DNA of 59,007 nucleotides from a virus. Lineage: Duplodnaviria; Caudoviricetes. Shown piece by piece: positions 19,647 to 29,065 of the stretch. The translations under genes and the position numbers were made by a program. Every line of letters begins with the position of its first letter. The stretch's first letter is position 1. The notes beneath the pieces were generated by a model. The model ran no database searches, had not been told where the DNA came from, and saw nothing but the letters and a program-made list of their open reading frames with translations. The stretch is taken from positions 1 through 59,007 of IMG/VR virus record IMGVR_UViG_3300022917_000011; one strand, given 5' to 3'.

Positions 19647-20443
19647 AAAATCCCTCTTTCGCGCAGCACGTTCATCCCGTGCTCCAGGTTGCCTACTTCC
19701 ACGGTGTTCCCGCACATGCCCAAAGTTTCCCGGTCCAAGAAGGCCAGCCGTAGCTTGGCCGTGTGCTGGTTCCACACGTTGAAGGTCGGCCAGCTTGGGC
19801 CGGTGGAGACGAATACGATGATTTTGCACAGAAGCGACAGGTGCCCGATGCCCGTGCAGGTGATGTTGTAGTCTAGCGTGCAGGGCACTTTCACCGAACT
19901 GGGCCATGTGGTGATGACCGAGTAACGTGAGGCCAGTGCCTCCACCATGGGAGTGAAATATTCGGGGTTGTTGCACCCTCCGGGGCCGCTTAGATAAGCG
20001 CGAAACTGGGCACTGCACGGAGCCGAGTTGACGAACAGCACGTCGAACGGATAGCTGAGCGGCGTGGGCTTCAGCAGCGCGGGGTAGTCGAACAGCAGGT
20101 CTTCATTGTGCTGGAACGGACTTTCCACCCCCATGCGTTTGGACAGGTGCTGGAACCATTCAAGATGGAACGCAGCGTAGTGGTCACGCAGCGGGTGATG
20201 CTCCCAGTAGCCTTCAGTGTTTTTCCAAATGTGATGGGCACCGGGTTGGCGATGGTGGTAGTCGAAGAGGTGAACGTTCGGCAGGTCTTCGATAAGTTCG
20301 ACCATCTGGGGGAAGTGCGCGGAGTTGACTCCATGGTGGAACTGGTCCTCGGGCTGGCGAATGGCCAGCTTGCGCAAGAAGTGCAGATGAATCAACGAGT
20401 CTCCAATTTGAAACCCACACCAAGTCTCGAAGCGTCGGCTCAT
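19643..20443 (-). CDS. Putative GT-B fold glycosyltransferase (GT9-like)
   Basis: N-terminal IGDSLIHLHFLRKL and C-terminal CKIIVFVSTGPSW resemble the GT9 GD and DSGP motifs. Confidence 0.6.
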   Translation of the reverse strand: MSRRFETWCGFQIGDSLIHLHFLRKLAIRQPEDQFHHGVNSAHFPQMVELIEDLPNVHLFDYHHRQPGAHHIWKNTEGYWEHHPLRDHYAAFHLEWFQHLSKRMGVESPFQHNEDLLFDYPALLKPTPLSYPFDVLFVNSAPCSAQFRAYLSGPGGCNNPEYFTPMVEALASRYSVITTWPSSVKVPCTLDYNITCTGIGHLSLLCKIIVFVSTGPSWPTFNVWNQHTAKLRLAFLDRETLGMCGNTVEVGNLEHGMNVLRERGIL

Positions 20444-20731
20444 CCGGCAATTTGCATTGGGCGCAATCCCACGAAAACGTTGTTCACCACGACCACGCAT
20501 GGGCCGGGGTGAGTGACCGTACGGAGGATGCCGGTGAACTTCTTTTTGGCCACGCGCTCACGTTCATCGAGCAGGGCTTTAGGTGTCCAGGTTTTCATTT
20601 GCGGCTTCCTTTCTTTCCTTTAACTGCTGATTCCAGCCAGTCGTCTCCGTTCGGATGATATTTATCCACGAGAACTTGCTTGCCGGGTTTGTGGTCTTCC
20701 CACCCTTCAGCGTGGGTTTTCGATTTATCGC

Positions 20732-21391
20732 TCATAGTGGCGTGGTTCGTTTGAAAGTGATCTGATGTTTACAGCCGCTCCCGGCGTGGGGCCACGTGGG
20801 CTTATACTCGTAGCGATTCACGCAATGGGGCCATATTGGTTCGTAAGGATCTTCTGTCCAAATTTTATCGAAAGGAACACACTTCCCTCGCCGGGACAAC
20901 TTTGGAGTATCCACCTGCCGGTCGTTGTCCTGAATCCAAAATTCGATGGGCAGGTCATGCCCGCTGGCGTACATCGCCGCGCTGTGCAGTGCTCCGTTTT
21001 CCACCCCGCCATCGCCGAGGAAGCAGAACACTCGCGCATCCTCTCCGCTGTCCTGAATCGCCTTGGCCACCCCCACCGCGATTCCGCAGCAGCCTCCGAG
21101 GATGGCCGACTGGTAAAACCGCCGCTCGCGGTCGAAGATGAACATCGAAGAATCCCTGAGGATGAAGTCCATCAGCTTGTCCTCGGGGATGCCTTTGAGC
21201 AACGCCAAATAATGAGCCCGGTGCGGAGCGAAGACCCAATCATGGGGCCGGATGCGCTGGAAAATGTTGAGAAGCTGGCCCTCGTCCCCGCCGCAAATGT
21301 GGCACAACGATGGCAAGTCCCCGGCCTCCCAGGCCAAGCGCACGCGCTCCTCGAAGGCGATTAGGGATTCTCGGGTGTGTTTCGTGATCAT
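20732..21391 (-). CDS. Minimal ThDP-dependent E1 alpha-like subunit
   Basis: HICGGDE, PHRAHY.ALLKG, SAILGG and the ThDP/Mg motif GDGG...DN; only about 219 aa. Confidence 0.92.
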   Translation of the reverse strand: MITKHTRESLIAFEERVRLAWEAGDLPSLCHICGGDEGQLLNIFQRIRPHDWVFAPHRAHYLALLKGIPEDKLMDFILRDSSMFIFDRERRFYQSAILGGCCGIAVGVAKAIQDSGEDARVFCFLGDGGVENGALHSAAMYASGHDLPIEFWIQDNDRQVDTPKLSRRGKCVPFDKIWTEDPYEPIWPHCVNRYEYKPTWPHAGSGCKHQITFKRTTPL

Positions 21392-21645
21392 ATTACAATC
21401 AAAACATTCCCGTGTGCGTCCACCCACGCTTGTCTTGGGGGAGGCACCTTGCAAAGGGCTTTAAGCCACGCTTCCCCCATCTTGGTAGTGCGCAGTTTTC
21501 CCTCCCGCACTTCGAGCGCGCCCACACTAGTTAAATCTTCTATTGCTCCCACTATGGCAGGAGCATCTACCCGAGGATGTGGTTCGGGGCTGCAATGGTA
21601 GTGAATTAAAACGTCGATGTTGTTTGGAGTTTCAATAGTTTTCAT
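21388..21645 (-). CDS. Small hypothetical (winged-helix-like) protein
   Basis: 85 aa; start and stop are coupled with both neighbours. Confidence 0.6.
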   Translation of the reverse strand: MKTIETPNNIDVLIHYHCSPEPHPRVDAPAIVGAIEDLTSVGALEVREGKLRTTKMGEAWLKALCKVPPPRQAWVDAHGNVLIVI

Positions 21646-22679
21646 AGCGTCACCATCACCCTTCCGGCCTGTCCTGCACGGACCAAATCAAATCCCTTGT
21701 TCACGTCTTCGAGCGAAACTCGATGAGTAACTACCCGTCCGAATTTTAGTCTCCCTGCTTCCCACATGGCAATGTAGCGGGGAATCATTTCCGATGGACG
21801 GAAGCCGCCGCCTTGACTCCATATTATTCGGGCTCCATTTCCATAAAACCTATCAACCGCAGACATAATTCGGAAACTTTCGTTTGGCTTGGTTTGACCC
21901 AGGAGAATCATCCTGCCCGTCCCACTGATAAGCGGTATGCTTTGCTCCAGCACCTCCACGTTTCCAGTCGTGTCCACGATGACATCGTAGCGGCGACCCT
22001 TTAGCTCCGGCAGACTGTTGAAGACATTCGCCCCCAGGTCGAAAGCCAGCTTCGACTTGGTGTGGTCTTGGTCCACCACCGTCACCTTGCCCGCTCCTGC
22101 CGCGCAGGCCGCGAGAATGAGGTTCGCCCCGACGCCGCCACAGCCCAAAATCAAAACGCTCTCGCCCAACTTCAGCTTGGCCTCCTGCTCAATGGTTCCA
22201 AGAGCCGTCGAAAGGCCACAGCCCAGCAGCGCGCACAAGTCATCCGGAGTGTCGTCGGGCACGACCGTCATCCGGTTGGCGCTCACCACCACGGACTCAG
22301 CCAGGGTCACGACGTGCCCACCCCCGATGGTGGTGAGCTTGTAGTTGTAGCGTGCGGGCAACGTGGCCTCAGGACCGTCGCCCTTGCGCCAGTGGAGGAC
22401 ACACTTCTTCCCCTTCATCTGCACGTTCACGCCGGGTCCAACCTCCTTGACGATGCCCACGCCCTCATGGCCGATGAGCCTCGGCAGCGGAGCCTCGGGG
22501 TTCTTGTGGCCTGCCTGTTCGCCAAGCTGGGCTCCGCAGATGCCCGATTGAATCATCTTCACCCGCACCTGACCATAGGAGCAGACGTTGCCCGAGTGAT
22601 CGGTGACGGCGTGACTCAGGTCGGTGAGGACCAGCGGGGCGTTGTGGGCTTCGAGAAGGGCGGCGCGAAAGGTGGTCAT
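21642..22679 (-). CDS. Zn-dependent medium-chain dehydrogenase/reductase
   Basis: GICGAQ, GHEGVG, LLGCG and GCGGVG Rossmann motifs; lacks the 4-Cys structural Zn loop. Confidence 0.93.
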   Translation of the reverse strand: MTTFRAALLEAHNAPLVLTDLSHAVTDHSGNVCSYGQVRVKMIQSGICGAQLGEQAGHKNPEAPLPRLIGHEGVGIVKEVGPGVNVQMKGKKCVLHWRKGDGPEATLPARYNYKLTTIGGGHVVTLAESVVVSANRMTVVPDDTPDDLCALLGCGLSTALGTIEQEAKLKLGESVLILGCGGVGANLILAACAAGAGKVTVVDQDHTKSKLAFDLGANVFNSLPELKGRRYDVIVDTTGNVEVLEQSIPLISGTGRMILLGQTKPNESFRIMSAVDRFYGNGARIIWSQGGGFRPSEMIPRYIAMWEAGRLKFGRVVTHRVSLEDVNKGFDLVRAGQAGRVMVTL

Positions 22680-22682
22680 TTT

Positions 22683-23246
22683 TTAATAGGCGTCCTTGTA
22701 CTCAAAAATCATTGTATTCCCCAACCCCTCCCGCATGCGGCGATAACCCTCAGCCCAGAACTCCTGAACCTCGTAGGCGTCTCGTGCCACAAGAACGGGC
22801 ATTTTCAGGATGAGCTTCATGGCCTCGGATGGATCGGATACGTGGGTTGCCCCCGTGAATAGTGGGCGAAGTTTCCCACCAACTACCACCCGGATAATCA
22901 CCGATGGCACGAATTCACGGCGGCTAATTTCTTCGCACTTATCAAGATGTGAAGCCAAGGCCGACATACAATTCCATAGGAAGTCCGCCCTTTCTATTGT
23001 GACTACGGGGCGCAGTCCCATCAGGCTCATGCCCATTGCCGCGCCCACCATCAGGTCTTCTGCTACCGTAAATTCCGATAGGCTGGACTCTGGAACATCC
23101 TTCAGGAATCCGCCTGCGCGGCCCGCGATCATGCCATATCCAACGAAGCGAGCCAGGGGGTCTTTCCCGATTTCAGTAAGAGCAGCCTTGATGGCACCCT
23201 TGTAGGTTTGAGCTTGCGGCTGATTAGCCAATGTCTCAGTTTGCAT
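22683..23246 (-). CDS. Minimal ThDP-dependent E1 beta-like subunit (pyrimidine-binding domain only)
   Basis: EFTVAEDLMVGAAMGMSLMGLRPVV..ERADF with the catalytic Glu; 187 aa with no C-terminal domain. Confidence 0.9.
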   Translation of the reverse strand: MQTETLANQPQAQTYKGAIKAALTEIGKDPLARFVGYGMIAGRAGGFLKDVPESSLSEFTVAEDLMVGAAMGMSLMGLRPVVTIERADFLWNCMSALASHLDKCEEISRREFVPSVIIRVVVGGKLRPLFTGATHVSDPSEAMKLILKMPVLVARDAYEVQEFWAEGYRRMREGLGNTMIFEYKDAY

Positions 23247-23477
23247 GGGCAGTCGTGATTGTCTGCGCACCGTGGGCGTGTCGGCTTCGGCTGTCAAGCT
23301 CACGGTGTCTTTGTTTCGGGCCGCTTGACCCAATCCGGCCAAAATCAAGCCGTGCTTTCCTCGTAGCCGCGATCCAGCACAAATGCTCATGCTGCATTTG
23401 GAGCCGCTTGGATTCGTTGGTGCAATGCCCTAGGTAAAACACGACGCCGATAATGGCGATGGCTTCAGCGACGTGCT

Positions 23478-23702
23478 TCACTTGCCGTCCTCCCCGTAGC
23501 CGAGCGCGGTGAGCAGGCGTCGAATGTATTGATCCACGACGACCCCAAGGCCCACCCAATAGGTCTTGACGGGCTCAAATCCGAACGAAGTGAGTTCGTT
23601 TCCCGGTAGCGACATCACGCCGATGTCGCGGTATTCATCTCCCGCCTGGATGATCTCGCCCTTCGCGAGCCAGCGGTGCTTCTGGGGTTGGTCGGTATTC
23701 AT
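23478..23702 (-). CDS. Hypothetical protein
   Basis: RWLAKGEIIQAGDEY motif is common in small phage proteins; operon packing. Confidence 0.6.
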   Translation of the reverse strand: MNTDQPQKHRWLAKGEIIQAGDEYRDIGVMSLPGNELTSFGFEPVKTYWVGLGVVVDQYIRRLLTALGYGEDGK

Positions 23703-23926
23703 AGGTTTGGTTTGTGGTTATGCGAGGTTGATTTGTTTCTGAGCCTCTGAAACCGGGTCGGTCGGAGGTTGGTAAAGAAATGGAAACCGGTCTCGATTCC
23801 TGCTGGCTTTCAGAATCTCTGCCCCAACCGTCAGGTTATACATGATTTGCCGCAGCTTGTCCTTGTCCTCCTCGCTGCCTTTCCTTTTTGCGATGCGCCG
23901 CACAAGCGCCCTGTGTTCGGCGGGTG

Positions 23927-24829
23927 TCATATGGACCGGATGATTGCTTTCTTGAGTTCTTCTAATTCGCACTCCAACTCCCTGATCCGCTCCTCCTGCG
24001 CGCCTGCGATACTGCGGGCTGTGTCGCCCTTGTTTGCCGCATCGGTGGCCATAGCAAGTTCGCGCTCAAGGTCGGCGATCTTCTTGTCAGATGCTTCCAT
24101 GAATTGCCGACCTACCAAAGTGGCAACCTCCAATCGCTGAATCCAATCGGCATTCTTGGCTCTCAACTCGCCGATGTATTCCGCCTGCTGCTTGGACTCG
24201 CGAACAAATGCTTCTGCGTTCTGGATCAGCCTGCGCTGCGTGGCGTAGAGGTCGGATTCGATTTGTCGGGCAACTTCTGGGCTCACCCAATCCTCGGGCG
24301 AAGAGGACAGCCCCTCGCCGCCGTCAAAAGCCACATCTACGGAAACGATGGCCGCATCCGTGATCGGAGTCCCCTCAGGAACCGGCGCGAGGTCTGCGGG
24401 CTTTGCCACTGGCGGCGGGATCGGACCGTCCGCCGTGGCGTTACTTCCCACTGCACTCAGGGCATGGTGTGCCGTAGCAGTTCCATCCGTGGGTACGGCA
24501 CTGGAAGTTTTGCATTGGATTGTGGGACATGTTTCACCTCCTTTCATAAAAAGTTGAACAGCGGTCAGAACTTCGTTGGGCTCGATAGCAGCGACATCCA
24601 GTCCGCAGACTTCGGCGATTCTCGCCAAGTATCGTGCCTGCTCGCTCGCGTTCTCCAAATCCACCTTCAGCGCCGCTATCTCGCGGTCCTTGGTGGCAGC
24701 AGCAATGCGCATGGCTTGCAATTCCCGTCCCTGTTCAAGCATGCGCTGCACCGCCCACTGGTCGTCGGCCTGCGTGTATTCGGGATCGCCCTCGTCGGGC
24801 GGGTTGGTTGATGGTGCAATGTCGGACAT
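23927..24829 (-). CDS. Coiled-coil hypothetical protein
   Basis: 300 aa ORF on the coding strand with heptad segments and a TPITDA motif. Confidence 0.7.
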   Translation of the reverse strand: MSDIAPSTNPPDEGDPEYTQADDQWAVQRMLEQGRELQAMRIAAATKDREIAALKVDLENASEQARYLARIAEVCGLDVAAIEPNEVLTAVQLFMKGGETCPTIQCKTSSAVPTDGTATAHHALSAVGSNATADGPIPPPVAKPADLAPVPEGTPITDAAIVSVDVAFDGGEGLSSSPEDWVSPEVARQIESDLYATQRRLIQNAEAFVRESKQQAEYIGELRAKNADWIQRLEVATLVGRQFMEASDKKIADLERELAMATDAANKGDTARSIAGAQEERIRELECELEELKKAIIRSI

Positions 24830-24862
24830 AGGTCAGTTTCGGTCGATTGGTTGAAAGTGCGC

Positions 24863-25198
24863 CTAACGCGACTTGGGTTTTGTGGACAAGGCATTTTTCA
24901 AATCAATTCCAGAAAGTAGGTCCATCTGAATGTCAGGCCTGCCTTCTTGGGCCATGGATTCTCTAGACTTCTCCAGAAGTATTCGCTGCGTTGAGATGCC
25001 ATCCACGAATCCCTTTTTTTCGTGCCAGCTTCCGTCGTAGTGACGCCCTAGCCTATCCTCCAGTTCTGCCTTGATCTCGGCATGCGTCATCGAGTCCGGG
25101 AAATCCTCGCTGTGCTGGGTCTTGTCAAAGCGACCGCTCTTGTTGTCCTGCAAGGCATGAAGGACGTAGAACGCCCGCTTGATGTGGCTTGGGCTCAT
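24863..25198 (-). CDS. Hypothetical protein
   Basis: 111 aa, operon packing. Confidence 0.55.
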   Translation of the reverse strand: MSPSHIKRAFYVLHALQDNKSGRFDKTQHSEDFPDSMTHAEIKAELEDRLGRHYDGSWHEKKGFVDGISTQRILLEKSRESMAQEGRPDIQMDLLSGIDLKNALSTKPKSR

Positions 25199-25637
25199 GG
25201 CAGGAGGCGTTCAATTCGGGTGAAGATGTCGGGGTTGTCTTGGGTTTTCCTGCTACTGAGCGTTCCATGGCCCATTACAGATTCATCCAAGGCATCCAAA
25301 ATCATCTGAAATTCTGGCTTGCTGGCATGGATGCGACGAAGCTCCAAAATACGAGCCGTTATTTTCTGGGATCGGTCAGGCGGCGACTGGCTCATAGTGT
25401 GCGGTGGGCTTGATGCAGGGCATCGTTGGCTTCCTCGGATTTGCAGCACTCCTCGCACTCGTCTTCGGATATGGATTCCAGTTCCCGAATCAGTAGATCC
25501 AAGGCATCGAGGGCGCGCTGCACTTGCTGTGGGTCACGCTTTTCGTGCGGCTGATAACGGAGATCAGTTAGTTTGCTCACTAAGGCATGGGTCTTCATAG
25601 ATTGCTTTGCTTGGTTTCAAGGGCGGTCAGGCGGGTC

Positions 25638-26936
25638 TCAGGGCTGGTATTCCTCCCAGCGGACCATGGGTCCATTAAAATTCAGAGGGAGGTCAATTCC
25701 ACGGGCACCCTCACGCTGCTTCCAGACCGATACGCGGCCCGGCTGGATGTCCTTGGTTTTTGGGTCTTCCTTTCCCTCGATCCGAATCAGGGCATCGGCG
25801 TCGTTCTCGGCATCCTGGGCTTCGCGGGTGCCGCCCTCCTTGTTGACCTGAGATGGAACACAAACAACGCAGTCCAGTTCCTTTGCCAGGGCCTTCAGGC
25901 CTTGGGTGATGTAGGCGATTTGAAGCTGCTTGCGCTCGAACTTCTGCCCGGTCTGAATCAGTTGCAGGTAATCCGGAACAATGAAGGTAAACGGTTGCCT
26001 AGCGTGCTCAACCCGGATGTCGGCTCGGATGGCCTCGAAAAGATTCAGGTCGTCCCGCATGTGGATCTTCATCAGCTTCACGCTGTGAGCGGCGTCACTG
26101 AATTCCTGTACGATCTTTTGTTGCTGCGCTGAACTCTTGCCGGTTTCCTTGGCCTGTTTAACCAGAGCCCGCACGAACTCGGGGTTGTGGCCACCGATCT
26201 GCGGAATGGCCCGCTTGATGGTATTCTTGTCCTTCATTTCGAGCGGGTAAAGCGCCACCCGATGCCCAAACTTGGCGAACGAGTAGGCCAACTGAAATGA
26301 CAGGGCAGTTTTACCGCAAGACGTGGGAGCCGACACAACCAGCAGGTCGCCCCGGTAGAGATTGAGTCGTCCATCTACCCCCGGCATATTGGTCTTCACT
26401 AACGCCGAGTCATCCTTTCCGTTGATGACCTCCTGAACGATCTCATCGATCAAATCCGAGACCATTCGGCGTTTCGACTTGCGATGAATCAGCGAGCCCG
26501 CCCCGCCGTGAAGCGCAGAGGCCATTTCCTGAGCGTTTTCCAGCATGTCATTGGCCCTGCGACCAAACTCATTGCAAAGCGCCATCACGGACCTCCTGAG
26601 CGCCCTATCGAGGATAAGCTCGATATACTGATCAACCCCTGATGTCGTCCCCAGCAGAACGAAAAGCTGGTTGATTGCGAAAGCTCCCCCGAAACTGACC
26701 AGTTTCCCGGCGTCACTCAGGGCTTCCATCATGGTCACGAAGTCGATGGTCTTCCCATGATCGACCATGCTGGTCATGATCTCGAAAACTTCACCGTAAA
26801 CCGAAATCCCGAAGTGGGCCTTGGAGAGAGCAGCCTCAGCGCAGATGGCCCTGACCTCTACTGGGCTCATGGCCAGTGTCGCCAGAAGCGCCCGCTCGGG
26901 GCCCAGTGGATCGGGAATGGACTCGTCTTCTTTCAT
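25638..26936 (-). CDS. dnaB: Replicative DnaB-like helicase
   Basis: N-terminal ERALLA domain, Walker A APTSCGKT, LEM, DYLQLI, LKALAKEL...SQVN, ENDAD and KQREG motifs. Confidence 0.95.
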   Translation of the reverse strand: MKEDESIPDPLGPERALLATLAMSPVEVRAICAEAALSKAHFGISVYGEVFEIMTSMVDHGKTIDFVTMMEALSDAGKLVSFGGAFAINQLFVLLGTTSGVDQYIELILDRALRRSVMALCNEFGRRANDMLENAQEMASALHGGAGSLIHRKSKRRMVSDLIDEIVQEVINGKDDSALVKTNMPGVDGRLNLYRGDLLVVSAPTSCGKTALSFQLAYSFAKFGHRVALYPLEMKDKNTIKRAIPQIGGHNPEFVRALVKQAKETGKSSAQQQKIVQEFSDAAHSVKLMKIHMRDDLNLFEAIRADIRVEHARQPFTFIVPDYLQLIQTGQKFERKQLQIAYITQGLKALAKELDCVVCVPSQVNKEGGTREAQDAENDADALIRIEGKEDPKTKDIQPGRVSVWKQREGARGIDLPLNFNGPMVRWEEYQP

Positions 26937-27673
26937 TCCCTCCCCCTGAATTCCCGAACCTGTTTCTGGATCGGGGTTTCAAAAACCATAGGGCGCTCGA
27001 TAGCAGCGCGTGGCGCGGATTTGTTTAATTTTCCCGCGAAGAGATCGAAGAACAAAATACCGTCCTTGTTCCGCTTTCTTAGTTTGCAGGGAGAGTGAAA
27101 CTGGTTGGCCCAAAACGAATCAGCCTTTGCCCATTCACACACAGATTTGATTTCATCTTTAGTTCGCCCATCCAGTCTTACCATCGAGTCGTAGGTCTCA
27201 GCCCACTGAACCCTCCAACCCGAAACTAGGTTGATTTTTTCCGGAAGGAATTTACGAAACCAATCAGCAAACGCGAACCCTGTCTCGGATGGTGGTTCTT
27301 TTGTGCTTAATGGTGCTTTGGGTGCAGATTCTGCGGGGGTCTTTGGAAAATTCTGCGGGGGTAAAGCGCAAGAACTGCGGGGGTGCAGATTCTGCGGGGG
27401 TGCAGATTCTGCGGGGGCCAACAGGGTAAACTCGTAAACGTTGACACCTTTTACACCGGCATTCTTGTGTATGGCGACATCGCCAAGCTCGGTTAGTTGT
27501 TTTAGCCCGTCCTGAACCCCTCTTTCGGAGAGGTTGGTTTCGCGCTTTAGGGTTCCAATAGAGGGATAGCAACGGCCCGTTTTGTCAGCATGATCTGCAA
27601 GACAAAAAAGAACCAGTCGAGCGGCGAGTTTGGAACGTGAATGCTGCATGGCAATCTTCACGTGATGAATCAT
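26933..27673 (-). CDS. Phage replication initiator (N-terminal HTH)
   Basis: ARLVLFCLADHAD..GRCYPSI..L..ETNLSER.V motif; C-terminal DSFW......PCKLRK; internal iterons; adjacent to dnaB. Confidence 0.88.
   Translation of the reverse strand: MIHHVKIAMQHSRSKLAARLVLFCLADHADKTGRCYPSIGTLKRETNLSERGVQDGLKQLTELGDVAIHKNAGVKGVNVYEFTLLAPAESAPPQNLHPRSSCALPPQNFPKTPAESAPKAPLSTKEPPSETGFAFADWFRKFLPEKINLVSGWRVQWAETYDSMVRLDGRTKDEIKSVCEWAKADSFWANQFHSPCKLRKRNKDGILFFDLFAGKLNKSAPRAAIERPMVFETPIQKQVREFRGRE
27321..27417. repeat. Iteron array / probable replication origin
   Basis: Five copies of CTGCGGGGG, three of them within the unit GTGCAGATTCTGCGGGG, inside the initiator gene. Confidence 0.85.
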
Positions 27674-27686
27674 GGGCAAGAAAAAG

Positions 27687-27748
27687 CCCTTTGATCCGCT
27701 CCCGGCTGAAAAATGGCGCACGCAGGCCACCGACAGCGGATCAAAGGG
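27687..27748. promoter_or_regulatory. Long hairpin in the initiator leader
   Basis: Perfect 14-bp inverted repeat CCCTTTGATCCGCT / AGCGGATCAAAGGG. Confidence 0.65.
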
Positions 27749-28019
27749 TTCTGTATTTGTATCGTTCATTAGCGCGCTTCGGGTTTTCAGTCCCGGCCTT
27801 ACGGCATCTCCACCCTGTCACTTCCCCGGCGCGGCGTCAAGCGGGATGTGGTGGATTTGCTGGGCAGTCATATTCTTTGCCGGTGAACGGTCTTCATGGG
27901 CTCGCCTTTGCGGAGAGGTCCCATTCCGCGCACGGAGACGCACGGCTGGCCTTTCGGGGCGCTGCACATCGGGCAGGATCGCATCAGGGCCACGCGGTTT
28001 CGTCGGTCTTGGGATGGCG

Positions 28020-29042
28020 TCATAGCTTCTGGATCTCCTTCACCCAATTCGGAATGCGGCCTCGACTGCCTGGCTGCCATGGCTTCATCCCATGATTTAT
28101 CCGGTATCGAGCTTGATACGCGTGATATTTAGTTCGGTTTTCGAGATAGTATGTTTTGAAATAATCAGGATTTTTAAGACTGAAGTTTTTAACGGCTTCT
28201 TTGTGCCGGTCGGGATTGCTGGCGATCCATTTTGCCGCAGCCTCCCTTTTCTTTTCGTAGCACTCTCGACACGCTCCACCTCTGTAGAGAGTGCGTCCGC
28301 AAAATTGGGAACACCGACCAGCGGCGTTCTCGCGTCTCTGCGCACGGCATTGCTTACTCACTTCGGAATCGGGTTTCAGGGTTTTCATATTGGCAGTTGC
28401 GGGTTCACGGGCGGAGTTCGTAGACTTCGATCTTTTGCCCGGAGGCGTAGAAAGCGCCTTTTCTGAAGTCCATCCGCGAGAAAGACGCCTGAAAATAATA
28501 CCTGGGGGAAAACATAGGAGGCGCTCCCATTCGGTCATTACCCGAGTCTCACCACGAAACGAGATTAGCCGATTATTCCTTCGGTTTTGAGCCTGCTGAA
28601 CGTAGCTAGCCCATCGGCAGTTTTCCTTGCAATACCCCTGCTCGTTATCCCTCCGGTCTATGGTCATGGATTTAGAGTACCCGGCCTTCATATCCTCCCA
28701 AAACCCCTGGAAGTTTCGCCACTTTTCGCAGACTGATATACCTCTTCCAGAGTAGAGATGAGCATCGGAGTTATTCGGGTTACCGCACCGTTGAATAATT
28801 CCGGCCCAAATCCTATAAGGTCGAGTTTGGCGCATTCCATGGGTGCGTTTGGCCCGCCCAAATTCTTTCCTGTAGCAGCCACAACTGGCGTTTTCTCGGA
28901 AGAGATTAGACCTTTGCACAAGCCGAATTTCCCCACAATTACATCGGCACTCCCAAACTGTAGAGCTTACCCGCTTGCTGTGGTATCGCAGCACCGTCCA
29001 CCTGCCGTGTTTTTGGCCAGAAATATCTTTGATTTGTTTCAT
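28020..29042 (-). mobile_element. HNH-type endonuclease fused in frame to a Cys-containing/RGR-motif region
   Basis: GQKHGRWTV, WECRCNCG, IWAGIIQRC and TIDRRDNEQGYCKENCRWA motifs, followed by CSQFC/CREC and WQPGSRGRIPNW. Confidence 0.88.
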
Positions 29043-29065
29043 CTCAAAAAGAGTGTCTTAAAACC

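Noticed and set aside
20732-23246. Pyruvate dehydrogenase as an energy-metabolism auxiliary gene
   Set aside because: Both subunits are truncated, no E2/E3 is present, and the neighbours are glyco-enzymes. A sugar carboligase role fits better.
17598-23246. DNA hypermodification pathway
   Set aside because: No hydroxymethylase, TET/JBP, modified-nucleotide kinase or phage DNA polymerase was recognised. It cannot be fully excluded without nucleoside analysis.
27321-27417. CRISPR array
   Set aside because: The repeats are short, tandem, lack unique spacers and lie inside a CDS; there are no cas genes. They are better explained as iterons.
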